Below, piece by piece: positions 51,501 through 62,049 of a stretch of DNA of 64,000 bases (positions are counted from its first letter, which is position 1; the number at the start of each line of letters is the position of its first letter). Both the position numbers and the translations under genes were made by a program. The DNA lies in NCBI GenBank assembly GCA_036172245.1, contig JAYWIR010000024.1, forward strand, positions 1,674,001-1,738,000. Reading direction: 5' to 3'. The stretch is from Raillietiella orientalis. Taxonomy: Eukaryota. The notes below the pieces were generated by a model. The model was not told the DNA's origin. It made no database searches and was given only the letters and a program-made list of their open reading frames with translations.

Positions 51501-54500
51501 GAAAATCCTGTTTCACGTTCATCATGGAAAATTCGAAAAGAGATGCGAAATAACGAAATGTTCCTGTGGATGAAAATGGCATGTAAAGCGTCAATTGGAT
51601 GTCCCGTCTGTGTTGTACGTGGTGGACTACACCATCAGGGGAGCCAGCATCGAGGAGTGGCTCTTCGCTCCGCTTCGCAAGCTCATGAGCAGCTGTAGTA
51701 AAAGCTCGAGAAACTTGGGATCCCAGACATGATGAAGTGCTGGAGGAATTGAAAATTCCCAAGAAGCGGAAGAGGCCCATCGGGAAAGAAACGGTGTGCT
51801 CCGACACATAGTGTTCCCGGGACGGTTGTACTGGAAGCACCAGACGGGTCACCGCTCCTAATGGAAGGACCTCCGGAAATTACAGGAACAGTTGAAAAGA
51901 AAAGGTAGTCGAAAAAGAAGACGAAAATTCCTCTTCCATCTCCATGTTTCCTTTTTGAATTATTTTATTTATCAACAGTTTGAGGTATTCAGAGAAATGC
52001 AAGCGATTCTGGTATCCCTCCATCACGATGAGTTCGATAGCACAGTGAAAATAAATTTCAGGCAGGCTTAGCGAGCACGTCAGCATTCTCATTTTTTTTT
52101 TTTTCATTCTTGTCATCTCGTACAAGACTTCATCATCATAAAGGGAAATGCACTGCACCAAGATTCCCGATGAGTGACTGTGATAAATAATTCTGGAAAG
52201 AAGCAAACCACACAAAAGTGGAACGCACTCGAAAGTACAACAGCCAGCTTTCAGCTTTCAAGAAGGCACACAAGCGAAAAGAAAGACGTTAGCTGCGCGC
52301 TCTTGGTCTCTCGCCTTCAGGGAAACAAGAGTCAGTTAGAGCGATCAAAGTTGGCTCTGTGGGATCATAGGATCCCAGAGCAATGGACACTCCTTTGGAC
52401 GATGTTCTCAAAGATCTGAAAATTTCGAGGAGGTGCCGAAACGAGCCTCGAGCACTTCTCCGCCTGATATTTGGCAAGTTCAGCCTTCCGTCTGCTGTCT
52501 CCATTATCCAACGCAGTCGGGACATCCACTGGGCACATCAGCTAGGACGCCCTCCAAAGCCCTAGCACAGACCCTTTGGTCAAAATGCGAGGGCAAGCAA
52601 GCAGTCTTGTCTCCACAGTGAGAATCCCCGGTGTCGAGCTGCAGAATAAGGGTTCCAATCTCGTTGAGAACGTGTCGGGCAAAGCCCCCGCTTTAACAAG
52701 GGTCACCCTTGAATTCCCGTCGCGGAGCAATCCTTGGCCAACAACGACGAAGTTGGAAAGGTAGCCAAAGGCAGCGCTTTTCTGGTTGTTTCGTGTTTCG
52801 GGATTGCAGCTATTCGCCGTTGCTGGTGAGGAAACGGTGCAACTGTGGAATTTGCGCAGCCAAGTTCCACTCTGCACACCTTCCTGGAATCTCGAAACAC
52901 TAAAGAACCACGAAAGCAGTAGAACATCATGGCTGAACGCACGCGAAGGAAGCCGCGAGCTATCCCACCGAAGAGCGTTGCCGTTCCGAATGCCTGAATT
53001 CCCCCTCTGACGTGGGGCTGGAGAAGCCCGAATTTGCTGAGGTGCACGTGAAAGATTGACCATTTGTCTAGGTCAGGACCTTAATGATGCGAGGGTGCTG
53101 CGGAGCAACAGAGGACGAGAGGAAGAAGGAATGTTTCTGGACTCCTTTGAAAACTGACTCACGCCCTGCGTCCGCGTGTGGACATCCCTGCTCCGAAGAA
53201 GTAGCGGACCGGGGGACCTTTTCTCGCCTGAAAAAAGGGTCGCCAGCGAATCGAACGCCATTTTTCCTCATGTTGTCCTCCGTCTCGGAAAGAATGGACC
53301 CGCCTCAGTAAATCGACGGCGCCTTGTTTCGTTTCGTGGCGACGCGGGATGTCCTCTCTCTCTCCAGCCCGGACTGCTTCGCCGTTCCGCGAGGTCAGGA
53401 GAAAAGGAGCGGCATTTTCGAAGCACCTCTGCTTCAAAGTGCATGGGGAGTCCATTTCGAGTGCGGGAAGGACTTGCCCTGCGTCTTGCCCTTGCATCAG
53501 ATGCTGTATGAGGCATTCGAGCGTCCATGCTGCTTGCTTCGATTCCTATACGAGAGATCTACATGCAGGTCATCGTTAGGGCCACGTTCATCATCTGATT
53601 CGCGCTGTCCCTCGAGGCGCTCGGCGGCGTGGAGACGAGTGACGGGAGAGCAGAAGTGTCCGGATGTTGCAGCTGAAGCATCAGGCGGTTCCGCAGCCGT
53701 CACTGCCGCCAGGGTTGCACTGATTGGAGGCAGCAGAACCGTTGCAACGGTTGGTCCCTCGCCGAACCTGCAGCATCCGGTTCGCTTCCCGCGGCGAAGG
53801 TTCAAGGGTGACCCTTGTTAAAGCGGGGGCTTTTCCGGAAGGGTTCTCAGCGAGATTCGAACCCTCATTCTTCAGCACGACACCGGGGATTCTCGCTGTT
53901 CAGACAACACTGCTTGCTTGTCATCTCTGTATGACTACCCTGGCAGCATTCGTGCAACTCCTTTACCCTCGGCTGAGGTCCCTGCTCCGCTTCTCCGTGG
54001 TCTGCTCCTTCCTGGCAGGAGAAGGGAAGCCAGGGGCCGCGACACGAGGAAAGGGATAATGAGAAGTGGGAAGAAGGCAAAAGGACGTAAGAAATCTTCC
54101 AGTACGGTACTGGAAGCATCGGGCGGGACACCACCATTAACGAAGGAGCCCTCAAGACTCACCACCTCGCTGCGAAGGCGATATGAAGGGAACAGAAAGA
54201 CAGAGAAGAAAACGGTGGAAATTCCTTCTTTAGTTCTCTGGAGCCCCCTCTTCGTAACTTGGAGGAAATGTTTGCGAAATAGACGAAGAATGTTCCCTCC
54301 GTCCTTTGTTGTATCACCGGTCAGCATACTGCCTATCAGGCACCAGCCGTGGCGGGGCTGAGGGATTCTCCAGCTACTCAGTCTATACGGGTACGCTTAT
54401 CTCTTCCTGGAGACGCGGGGGCTCTCCAGGATAGCTTCGTTCTTTCTTTCCTTTCAGAGTATCCCCCGAGAGCTCTCGATGTTCGAACGCACACCTTTTC

Positions 54501-57500
54501 CTCCCATGTGTTCCACATCCCCTTCCCACCTGGGGATCGGAAGCTCTTTCGTCAGGTCGCCGTTAGCCGGATCCCGCGAACCCGAGGTTCATCCCTGACA
54601 ACTGCGCATCCCCGCTCCTCGTCTCCCTGCTTCCGGACAGACCCGCCCGAGCTCTCTGCGGACCGCGCCGCCTGGAAGCCGACAGTTCGTCCTGCGGGCC
54701 TCCCGACCGTCGCCTCGGCGTTTCCCGGTGCGGTGGTTGAGGGCGCGGCGTACGGACTCCTCGCACGCTTCGTGAGACGACGATTCCCCGGGGTGGACGT
54801 GGCCCACGCGGACAGGCAGTAGGTCGACATTGAAAACGCACGAGGCTGTCTGACGCGGGCCGTGAACTTTGCTTGGTGCCTCGTGGCGGGGAGGCCTTCT
54901 CTGGCGCCTGTTCGCGCACAGGCAGGGAAAGGAAGGAAGGGCAGAGGGGGGGGAGCAGCCACCAGTCAGCTTGATCTCCCGGGTGGAGAACAGGTGCGGC
55001 TTCTTGAAGGAGTAGGCGGTGGCGATGGGCGGCGAGTGCGCAGACGGCGTGAAATGCGGAGCGATTGTTTTGTTTCGAGGTCAGGTCACTGCGAACGCAT
55101 CAACAAGAAGGGCCGAGAATGAGCAAACCCGGAAACGCATTGTCTGACGGTGCCTTCCGAGGGCATCGGGCCGTCATCCGAGGATGCACGCAAGCAGCCG
55201 CTGTACTGTGGGAAAAGCGAGGAACGTTACACGTGTACGGATGCTGTACTATAAATCGGGATGGGATGCTGAACGCGCACCGCTGCGCTATGTGTTCCTG
55301 CGGGATGAGCGACTTGACAGCATCCCTCCTCAAGTCTGGCTTCGCGGCATGGAGTCAACGCACGCGATCAGCATGGCCGCCAACGATGCAATCTAAAAAC
55401 ACAGCGCTCAAAACTCGACGTGGGCAGGCTTCAAGTCGCTAGCCCTACAGTACAGAGAGCTAATAACTTACCAACAAGAAGAGTCAAGAATGTACAAACC
55501 TGGAAACGAACCCCGATGGTGCCGCGCGACCACCCTTCTTCCGCCTCCTAGAGCGCCGCGTCTTACGGAGGAGATCACTGAAGTGGGACTGATTCTCGAA
55601 ATGGAGGAGTATTTCCTCTTCCTCCTTCTCCTTTCGTCCTCCGTCACTGGTCGCAGCTTCCGGTGAGGGTGGCTCCCCGGAGCGCGCGGTTCCGGAAGCA
55701 TTTTCAACCGCTAGCAAGCACGAACGTCGGCGTAGGCTTCGAACGCTGGAGGCGTGGAGAGCACCACACTATAGAAGGCGGCAGCAAAGTGTCATAGGCA
55801 GGAAACTTCCCCCTCCCACCCACCCCTCCATGCCATATAGCCCGAGGCCTTCGCCAGCCTTTCTTTTGCCCGCACGGCGACCTGCTGTCAGCATCTCGGC
55901 TAAGAAACCTCCGAACTCTTCGTGCTTTTTTCTAAGTCCTCCCTAAGTTCCCGACCGGAATTCGCCGACGGGCTTCTTTGGAGCGGAAGGGGGCAAAGGA
56001 AGGTATCCTCGGACAGCAGTGCTCCTCCGGAAGGGCTTGCTCTCGCGGGAGGGCGGTTCGATCCTGTGTAAAGGACCCTGTCCCGAGGAAACCCTGGATC
56101 AGCCGTGTCCGGGAGACATGCCCCTCGGGAACGCGCGTCCGCCACCACTGCTCGCCGTCGTCCGGCGCGGCAGCAGCCCGCCGCACGCCTGCCCGGAACC
56201 GGGCGAACTCTTCCGCTCCCCGAATGTGGAGGGAGGAAGGGAGCAGAGTGAACGTTTCCGTGGCAACAGGGAGGCTAAGGAGGAGCGCATGCAGCTTCGT
56301 AGTCGGGGTGAAGAGCCTCATAAGCATGGAAGAAGAGGAGGAAGCTAAGAAAAAGAGAGAGAGAGGCACGTCTTCGGTAGGTGCCACTGCTCCGTCTGTT
56401 CTCCACGCCGTCCGCCCAGCAGCGTTTTTCGATCGACTGCTCTCCGGTGGCGCTCGTTTCCCCGACCGGTTGATGTGCCGCGGACGACCGCTCTTTCCTC
56501 GTCCCGACGACCTTGGTGACCCCTGCCTTCCTTTCCAGGAGTATCCAGCGAGCTCGAAGCGCGTCCTGCTGCTGGTTTCCCCGGCTGGTATCACCATCTA
56601 CAACCTGGATGGCACCGTAAGTCCCTGCGGGATTCCCGATCCGTCTTCGCGCCGCCTCTCACGGGTGGATGCCTGCGTAGCGCCCCATCCGCTTCCTCGA
56701 GGAAGACTCTTCCGTGGGTAACCTCCCCGCCTCGCGCGCGACAGGGACTGCCAGAGCTCGGCCGAGCCGCTTGCTCCGACGCTCTTGCGGCTCGCTCGCA
56801 GTCCGCGTCTCCGGTCAGGAGAGGCGTCGGCTGTTCGATCTCTTTTCCGCGGAAACGGCTGGCCGACGCTTACCATCTGGGCTGGCCGCTGCGACCTTAA
56901 CCCCATGATTGCCAATCCCGTCGAAGCTGTTGTTGACGACGGTGCTAGTGCGACGGCAACGATTGCGTTTCTCGTCCCGCGCCGTCGGGCATTCGAGTAC
57001 GCCGGGAGCACAGCCTCTCGGCGTCCTCGGAGGCACTCCGTCACCTCTCCTCTTTACTGCTAGATGGCAGGATGTGCAACCAAGACGGTGAGCCCTTCCT
57101 TCCGAGTCGCTTTCCTCCACTGCTCGGAGCCGCTTGTGGGGGTCTCCCCGGGAAACCACCAGGAAGAGGACTCTGGAACCGAAAGGCGAGATACCTCCTG
57201 CGTCGCGACGCACCGCGGGAGAGTCCGACGAGTGCTCCGCACCTCGTCCAGGACGAAGAGGGAACCGGGAGAGGGGGGGGGAGCGAAGGAAATTCTGCAG
57301 AGAGGGAGGAGCTTTGTAGCAGGGCACGGTAACCGTGGAAGAGTGGCGACGTCATCCCGAAGATCACGTTCGAGCACCCTGCCCGCCAACCGGCGATGCG
57401 TGCGCGGTCGCTGAAGGCGGTGGCGACAGCTCCTCTTCCGTTCGGCCAGAGAGCGAAGACGCCAGCAGGCGCTCCCCACGCTTTCTGCGCACTGCGCTGA

Positions 57501-60500
57501 CACCTCCGGGAGCTGCTCGCGCTGCAAAATCCAGAGGCGCCGCTGGCTCCCTGCTCTACCTCCTCCCCTCCACGCAACGAAGGTGGGGTGCGAGCGAGAG
57601 CGCCAAAAGAGGAGGATGGGTGATAGGACTTGCTGGAGGCTCGAGAGCGCGCGCGGCCTCTCCCGAGCGACCCTCTCGCGCATGCGCGAGTCCAACGGGC
57701 ACCCAGGGGCTGGAAGAAGTAGAGACGAAGACATTCCCACTTCCTTGGAGGGAGGTCCCCGGGGTGGGCAGGGGTCGCGCGCGGCTCCCAGGAGGGACTG
57801 CAAATCCGACCTAGGTGGGTCAATTTCCCCTCTTTGCCCCAGGGCGAAGGGGGGCAGGGGCAGGTGGTCGTGACGGCTACGGAGGCCGCGTCCCTTCCCA
57901 CGCCGGCAAAGAGAGGACCGCGAAGAGAAAGTCCGGAGCAGGGACCTCGGCCGGTGCATGAAGGCACCGAGGCCCGACGGTGGTAGCCGCGGCAACCGCC
58001 GCCGGGCGCCTCCGAGGCTGCTTAGCGGGGGAAACAGCCCCTCGCGGGAGCAGGCGGCGGGACAAAGAGCGTGGCAATGAGTTCAGATGGGCAAGGGACC
58101 CGTCACTGCCGGTCCGGAGGAGCTCTGCGCTCGTGGTCGGGCCCGGGTCTCTCGGTCAGGCGCGGAGACGCGCGTGGAGGAGGAGACGCCGCTTCCGGGA
58201 GGCGCGGTGGGGCGGACGGAGGCGCTCCGAGGCCGCGTGCTACCTCCGGTCGAGGAAGGGACCCTCTAGGGGGCCGGCGGACCGCTTTTCCCTCCCCTAC
58301 CCACTCGTCCACTCGTGAAGAGGGTCCCCGAGGATAGCGAGGAATCCGCTTCGCCGTAGTCGAGGGGGCGGGGTGCGTGGGGGGTGGGGTGGGAACGACG
58401 CGCTCCCACGTGACCTCTCCTTCCAGGTCGTGCACTCGGCGCACCCCTTGGACAGCATCTCCTACTCCCGCTGTGATCCTGAGGGCTCCCGGTTCGCCTT
58501 CCTGGCCCGCAGCCCCGGGGGCACCTTCCGCCTGCAGAGCTGCCACACGTTCCGGGCGCAGTCCCGGGAACAGGTGAGGTGCGCGCGTGGGCGGTGCGAT
58601 AGGAGAGGAAAGGCCCCCCCCGGTCCGCGCGTGCCCTGTCCCCTCAGCAGGGAGCCGGGACGCCTCCGCCCCGCGAGGTCACGGGTGGAATGCACTTCCC
58701 GACGGCGGAGGAATGTGGAGGGCGAGAAGGGGGGGGCGCGCACGCGCCCGCGGGCGATGCCGGCATTCCGCCGTCCCACGTGCGCACACCGGACGGCGCG
58801 CGCCGCATCTGCCCCCCCTCCTCCCCCTCTGTCTTTCGGCGCGCGTAGGGGACGATAGGACGTGGAATTTCCTGCCCCTGTCCCCCGTCGCTTAGGGGGT
58901 GCAGGGCGCAAGGAGGCGCAAATTGCCCCTCCCCTCCCCCCCGCGGGCGGCAGCGGGAAGGCTCGATTATACAACGGCGGCGGCGTGCGCGCATCTTCCG
59001 CTCGCGCGCGCGCGACCTCGTCGGCGAGTCGCTCCGCCCCCGCCTGGGGCGCGCCCGCGGCGGCCGCCTGCCAGTTCTCGGCGCGTTGGCGACGCGCGCG
59101 GTGGCGGCAGTCCGTCGCCTCCGCTCTGCGCGTAGTCGTCGCGTGATCGTCTCGTGGTCGTCGTCGCGTGGTTACCGACCTCCTGCGGCCCCCCCACCCC
59201 GCCCCGCCCCGTCCCTGGGGCCTCTGCGGCCGCCGCCCGCCCCCCCTCCCCGCGAGACGACCCCCAGGATGGGGCGGGTCAAGTGCTGCCTGCAGGGCAT
59301 CCCGCTGTTCTCCACGAAGTACCGGAAGCTGAGCGGGGACGATCCCCCCTCCGCCACGGGCGGCGAAGTGCAAACGGTCCCCGCCCCCCGCGACCGCCGG
59401 CACCAGCCCGCGGCGGCGCAGGCCCCCGTGGTCCTCCATACCTGCGCTCACTGCGGCAGCGTGCAGATGCTTCAGGTAAGCGTACCCCGAGGAGCGGGTG
59501 GGACCGGGAAGCGAGAAGCCCTCGGTGGGGGGGGAGTGTCCACTGCTGAAACGCGCGTCCCCGGGAAACGCCCTTTCCGTTCAGAGCCCCGCGCCTCCCT
59601 CGGGCTGCGCGTAGGGCCGCGGGACGCCTCCCCGGAGGCGAAGGACCGGCGGCGGCGGCTTCGCGCGAGCGCCTCGCCCGGCGGGCGGCAGCCTCAGGGA
59701 GAGGAAGGGGGAGGGAAGCTGCGGCCGCTGGACCGCGAGAAGTTCCGCCGCTCCCACAGAGCGGAGGCGGACGGGTGAGCCCGCTCATCCCCTCCCTGTC
59801 CCCTTGCCTTCTTCCCCCCTCTTGCGGCCTGGAAGTGGAAGCGCGAAAAAAAAACTATTCCACCCGGGAGGGGAGGATCTGCCGGGGGAGCAGCCCGCAG
59901 CTAGCAATTTGCCCGAAGGGCACACGCTGAGGTGTTCCGCCGCGCTTCTTCCATTGCCCCAAGGGAGCCCCTCCCTCCCTCCTCCTGCTCCCGGGGTTTC
60001 CCAGGGAAACCTTCCGGTAGAACTGCCGTTGTCCTCGCGTTTCACTGGGTTCGCGTCGTCCTCTGGGTGATTCCGGACGGGGGTGGCGTAAGGGGGAGCA
60101 GGCAAGGTCAGGGAGGGTGCGGTCCACCCCTGCCCTTTCTCACTGACGACCTCTTTTTCTCTAAACCTCCCTCTTCCCTTTCCTTGCTCTCCTACAGGCG
60201 GAGGAGCTGAACACCGTCGTGGGCCGCGCCTTCCGCATCGCCTACTCGACCCAGGCGAAGGGCAGGAGCCGGCCCAACTCTCGCGAGAGCGGCGAGAGGT
60301 CCGACGCAGGCAGCGTTCCCTCCTTCGAGCTGAAGTCCATCAACGCGGCCGCCTCCTCCCGGCCCTCCAGGCAGAAGGGCCTTCCCGGATTCCCGTGGAA
60401 CTTCCTGGTGAGTGCCCGTGAGGCAAGGGAGGGGGAGGTAGGAAGGGAAGGGAGGGGTGCTCGCCTCTCTCTCCCCCCCTCCTACCAGGTCTTCGGGACT

Positions 60501-61432
60501 CTCTCCTCTATGACCCAGGACGAGGACCATTCCGTGGACTCCGTGGGCGGCATCACAATCCACCGAAACGTGCTGACCAGCTGCGCGGCCGCGGATCCGC
60601 TGCGGAGGCTGCGCCAGCTGGTGCTGCGGAAGGAGGCGGCCACCCCTGCCCCCGCCCCCGCCGAGCTGCTGCCCAACAACCTCAGAGCGCCGCCACTTCC
60701 CGACGGCGCAGACAAGGCCGACCGGCGCTGCTCCTCCCGTCAGAGCAAGTGAGGCGGGGAAGCGGGGGGGAGGGAAGAAGTCCCCCCTTTGGGTTCACGA
60801 GCGTGCGGTTCGCCCCTCTATCATCCGCAGGCCGTCCAACGTCGCTCGCGAGGACGACGCCCAGCCCGTCGCGCGCAGCAAGAAGGACGCCTGCGCGCCC
60901 GAGGACGAGGAGGCGCGCCTGAAGAAAGCAGCGTGGTTCCAGGCGGGCATTCCCAGGTACGGAGGAGGGTCCTTGAACCCCCCCCCCCTCACATCCCGAC
61001 TCCTTCTTTCTCAGGGAGCTCGCCCTGGAGGTGCTGAGCGACGAGCCGGTCGGGTCGTTCCTGGTGCGGCAGAGCGGCACGCAGCCGGGCTGCTTCGCCC
61101 TGACGATGAGAGTCCCTGGCGTGCTCCAGCCTGTGGGCACCGCCCACTACCTGATCGTGCCCACTCCTCGCGGCTACAGGATCAAGGTGAGGGGTCGTCC
61201 ACCCCGTGACCCCCCTGGGCCGATCGGCGACTCTCCCTCACCCTCACATCCCCAGGGATTCGCCAAGGAGTTCCCCTCTCTCTACGCCCTGATCGTCCAC
61301 CACTCGGTCATGCCGGAGCTGCTGCCGTGCCCCCTGGCCCTGTCCAGGTACGCGCGGCCTCCGCTCCCAACGTCCCTGGACCTGGACTTCGAGGACATCG
61401 AGGCGGACGGCCAGAGCGTCGCGGACGTCTGA
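30442..61432 (+). CDS. SH2D5: PTB + SH2 adaptor protein (SH2D5 / EGFRAP-like), ~447 aa; join(30442-30534,43906-43986,56539-56616,58427-58573,60198-60407,60489-60748,60831-60956,61015-61186,61256-61432)
   Basis: All introns are GT-AG with compatible phases. The spliced product has a PTB domain (YSGSFAV...HPLDSISYSRCD...FAFLAR...CHTF...VGRAFRIAY) and an SH2 domain (WFQAGIPRELALEVL...GSFLVRQS...HYLI...SLYALIVHHSVMPELLPCPL). Additional unseen exons cannot be excluded; orthology name by recognition only. Confidence 0.85.
31270..31640 (+). repeat. Degenerate (GGTTA/TTAGG)n-like simple repeat
   Basis: Dense ggttaggttaggtaggtt variants with strong G/T strand skew. Confidence 0.8.
31700..32600 (-). 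mobile_element. Possible PIF/Harbinger transposase remnant
   Basis: Ordered weak motifs 'ATFHLCVLDCVK...DT', 'AERLVHF..RD', 'RVLW', 'NSFPLLQVRC...IPG'. Confidence 0.3.
32687..33187 (-). mobile_element. SINE copy C (5'-truncated), inverse of 34615-35110
   Basis: High-identity reverse complement; T-run at 32687-32700 is the A-tail. Confidence 0.85.
34372..35110 (+). mobile_element. tRNA-derived SINE, copy D
   Basis: Perfect B box gggttcgaatccc (~34425), palindromic body, A-tail at ~35103-35110. Confidence 0.75.
37496..38332. mobile_element. AT-rich foldback/MITE-like element with ~200-bp imperfect terminal inverted repeats and internal ~85-bp tandem subrepeats
   Basis: caactttattttaatatgcat and ttagcagtaatattattggaac (37558-37624) are inverted at 38209-38271; ends tcaaaaccccgaaag / ctttcgggattttga; aagatcaa..atggattaat recurs three times internally. 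Confidence 0.85.
38700..39830 (+). mobile_element. Eroded non-LTR RT remnant (RTE-like)
   Basis: 'HINLDRPKRGGDPSPPLL' (~RGVRQGDPLSPLLF) preceded by 'DEIQGEPRG...SKDHV'. Confidence 0.3.
40273..43200 (-). mobile_element. Old L1/Tx1-type LINE, 3' portion
   Basis: 'ARCEWCGVKETFPHLLLD...LWDRL' zf-RVT, similar to 22115-22582; 3' end catttattagaaagataataaaa resembles the 8290 and 21953 ends. Right boundary uncertain. Confidence 0.6.
43906..43986 (+). CDS. SH2D5: Exon 2 (YSGSFAV...KLRTNT)
   Basis: Branch-like aactgac, tttctgttgtttcag acceptor, GTGAGT donor, 81 nt, phase 0/0, PTB Y.GS motif. Confidence 0.85.
44765..45432 (+). repeat. Internally deleted SINE copy E plus ~430 bp of shared downstream sequence; 44886-45432 duplicates 34995-35541
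   Basis: Near-identical sequence and matching ORF translations (34995-35390 vs 44886-45281); B box at ~44812. Confidence 0.9.
46552..46859. mobile_element. pogo/Tigger-type (Tc1/mariner superfamily) MITE, 308 bp
   Basis: TA|CAGTCGTACCTCGGTACTCG ... CGAGTAGCGAGGTACAACTG|TA: TIRs with TA target duplication; internal actcg subrepeats. Confidence 0.9.
46900..49400 (-). mobile_element. Eroded L1/Tx1-type LINE 5' half (ORF1 and APE remnants)
   Basis: 'TGTMTLTHPIP' and degraded knuckles near 48900-49050; APE-like 'AGVSLA...PDEED...RERR' at 47027-47341. Confidence 0.35.
49741..49850. repeat. 35-bp tandem repeat, ~3.1 copies
   Basis: taggcacaagaagcctatgtcggcattgttgcaag units at 49741, 49776 and 49811. 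Confidence 0.95.
54490..55249. repeat. Duplicate of 15420-15962 + 20959-21172 (uninterrupted copy)
   Basis: Only about four substitutions seen over the ~690-bp core (54562-55249); contains the LINE target site once. Confidence 0.97.
56539..56616 (+). CDS. SH2D5: Exon 3 (EYPASSKRVLLLVSPAGITIYNLDGT)
   Basis: ccttcctttccag acceptor, GTAAGT donor, PTB beta strands, phase 0/0. Confidence 0.9.
58427..58573 (+). CDS. SH2D5: Exon 4 (PTB core)
   Basis: ctccttccag acceptor, GTGAGG donor, ISYSRCD/FAFLAR/CHTF motifs. Confidence 0.92.
58600..59268 (+). promoter_or_regulatory. CpG-island-like tract, candidate internal promoter
   Basis: Very high GC/CpG density and GC boxes (ccccgcccc) directly upstream of the ATG at 59269. 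Confidence 0.45.
59269..59475 (+). CDS. SH2D5: Candidate alternative first coding exon (MGRVKCCLQGIPLFSTKYRKL...SVQMLQ)
   Basis: aggATGg start context, 69 codons with GC3-rich usage, CAG|GTAAGC donor in phase 0, compatible with the exon at 60198. Confidence 0.65.
60198..61432 (+). CDS. SH2D5: Exons 5-9 (PTB C-terminal helix, linker, SH2 domain)
   Basis: Four short GT-AG introns (81, 82, 58 and 69 nt); canonical SH2 FLVRQS motif; stop ends at 61432. Confidence 0.93.
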
Positions 61433-61539
61433 TTGCGCCGCATCGCCCACAACCCACCCACAAGCTAGTCAGACAGGTTGCCGTGGAGATCTGTCCACAC
61501 ATCTTTGGTGCTGTAGCAAAGTAAACGCGGTCGACACGA

Positions 61540-61545
61540 AATAAA
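61540..61545 (+). promoter_or_regulatory. Candidate polyadenylation signal
   Basis: AATAAA ~108 nt after the stop codon. Confidence 0.45.
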
Positions 61546-62049
61546 AAGGAAAAAAAAGCAAAGAAGAGGGGGGGCATCTTCGGGAAGTCCCTTTCCCGCC
61601 TTCCGCGTCGAATTCCCGACTGCTACGGGGTCGCTTCCTCCTCCGAGGAAAGAGACCCATCTGGCCGGGAGAGCATCCCGCAACGTGGACGGTGGACGAG
61701 AGCTGCCGAGTCCTGTTTCCCTCCCGTTCACTGCACCTGCGGCGTCGCCTCGGCATGAAACGAAAACCTTTCTGGAAACTCCCCACGGGAGAAGGGAGAG
61801 GCCTGGTCGCACTGTTCGATGAACAATGGTCAATAGTGGCCGCGCCATAGGTGGTCAGTGGGCTCGCCCCTCCCCTGCCCTCGTGCGGGCACGGAGGAGG
61901 CAACGTGGCTGCCGGAAGGGGTTTGGCCAGCGAGACGGCAACCGACGCTGGCGAAGGAGCGCCAATGGCGCATGAGGACGAAGTCCAGAAGAAGCGCCGA
62001 CCCCTCGTTCCGGGGTCGACCCCTCCTTCTCACTCTCTCCGCCGCAGGC

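Noticed and set aside
50493..51852. Chitin-synthase-like 'ALDAD...RIHP' and YqaJ-like 'SPDGVV' words
   Set aside because: Isolated short matches with no supporting neighbouring motifs or splice structure.
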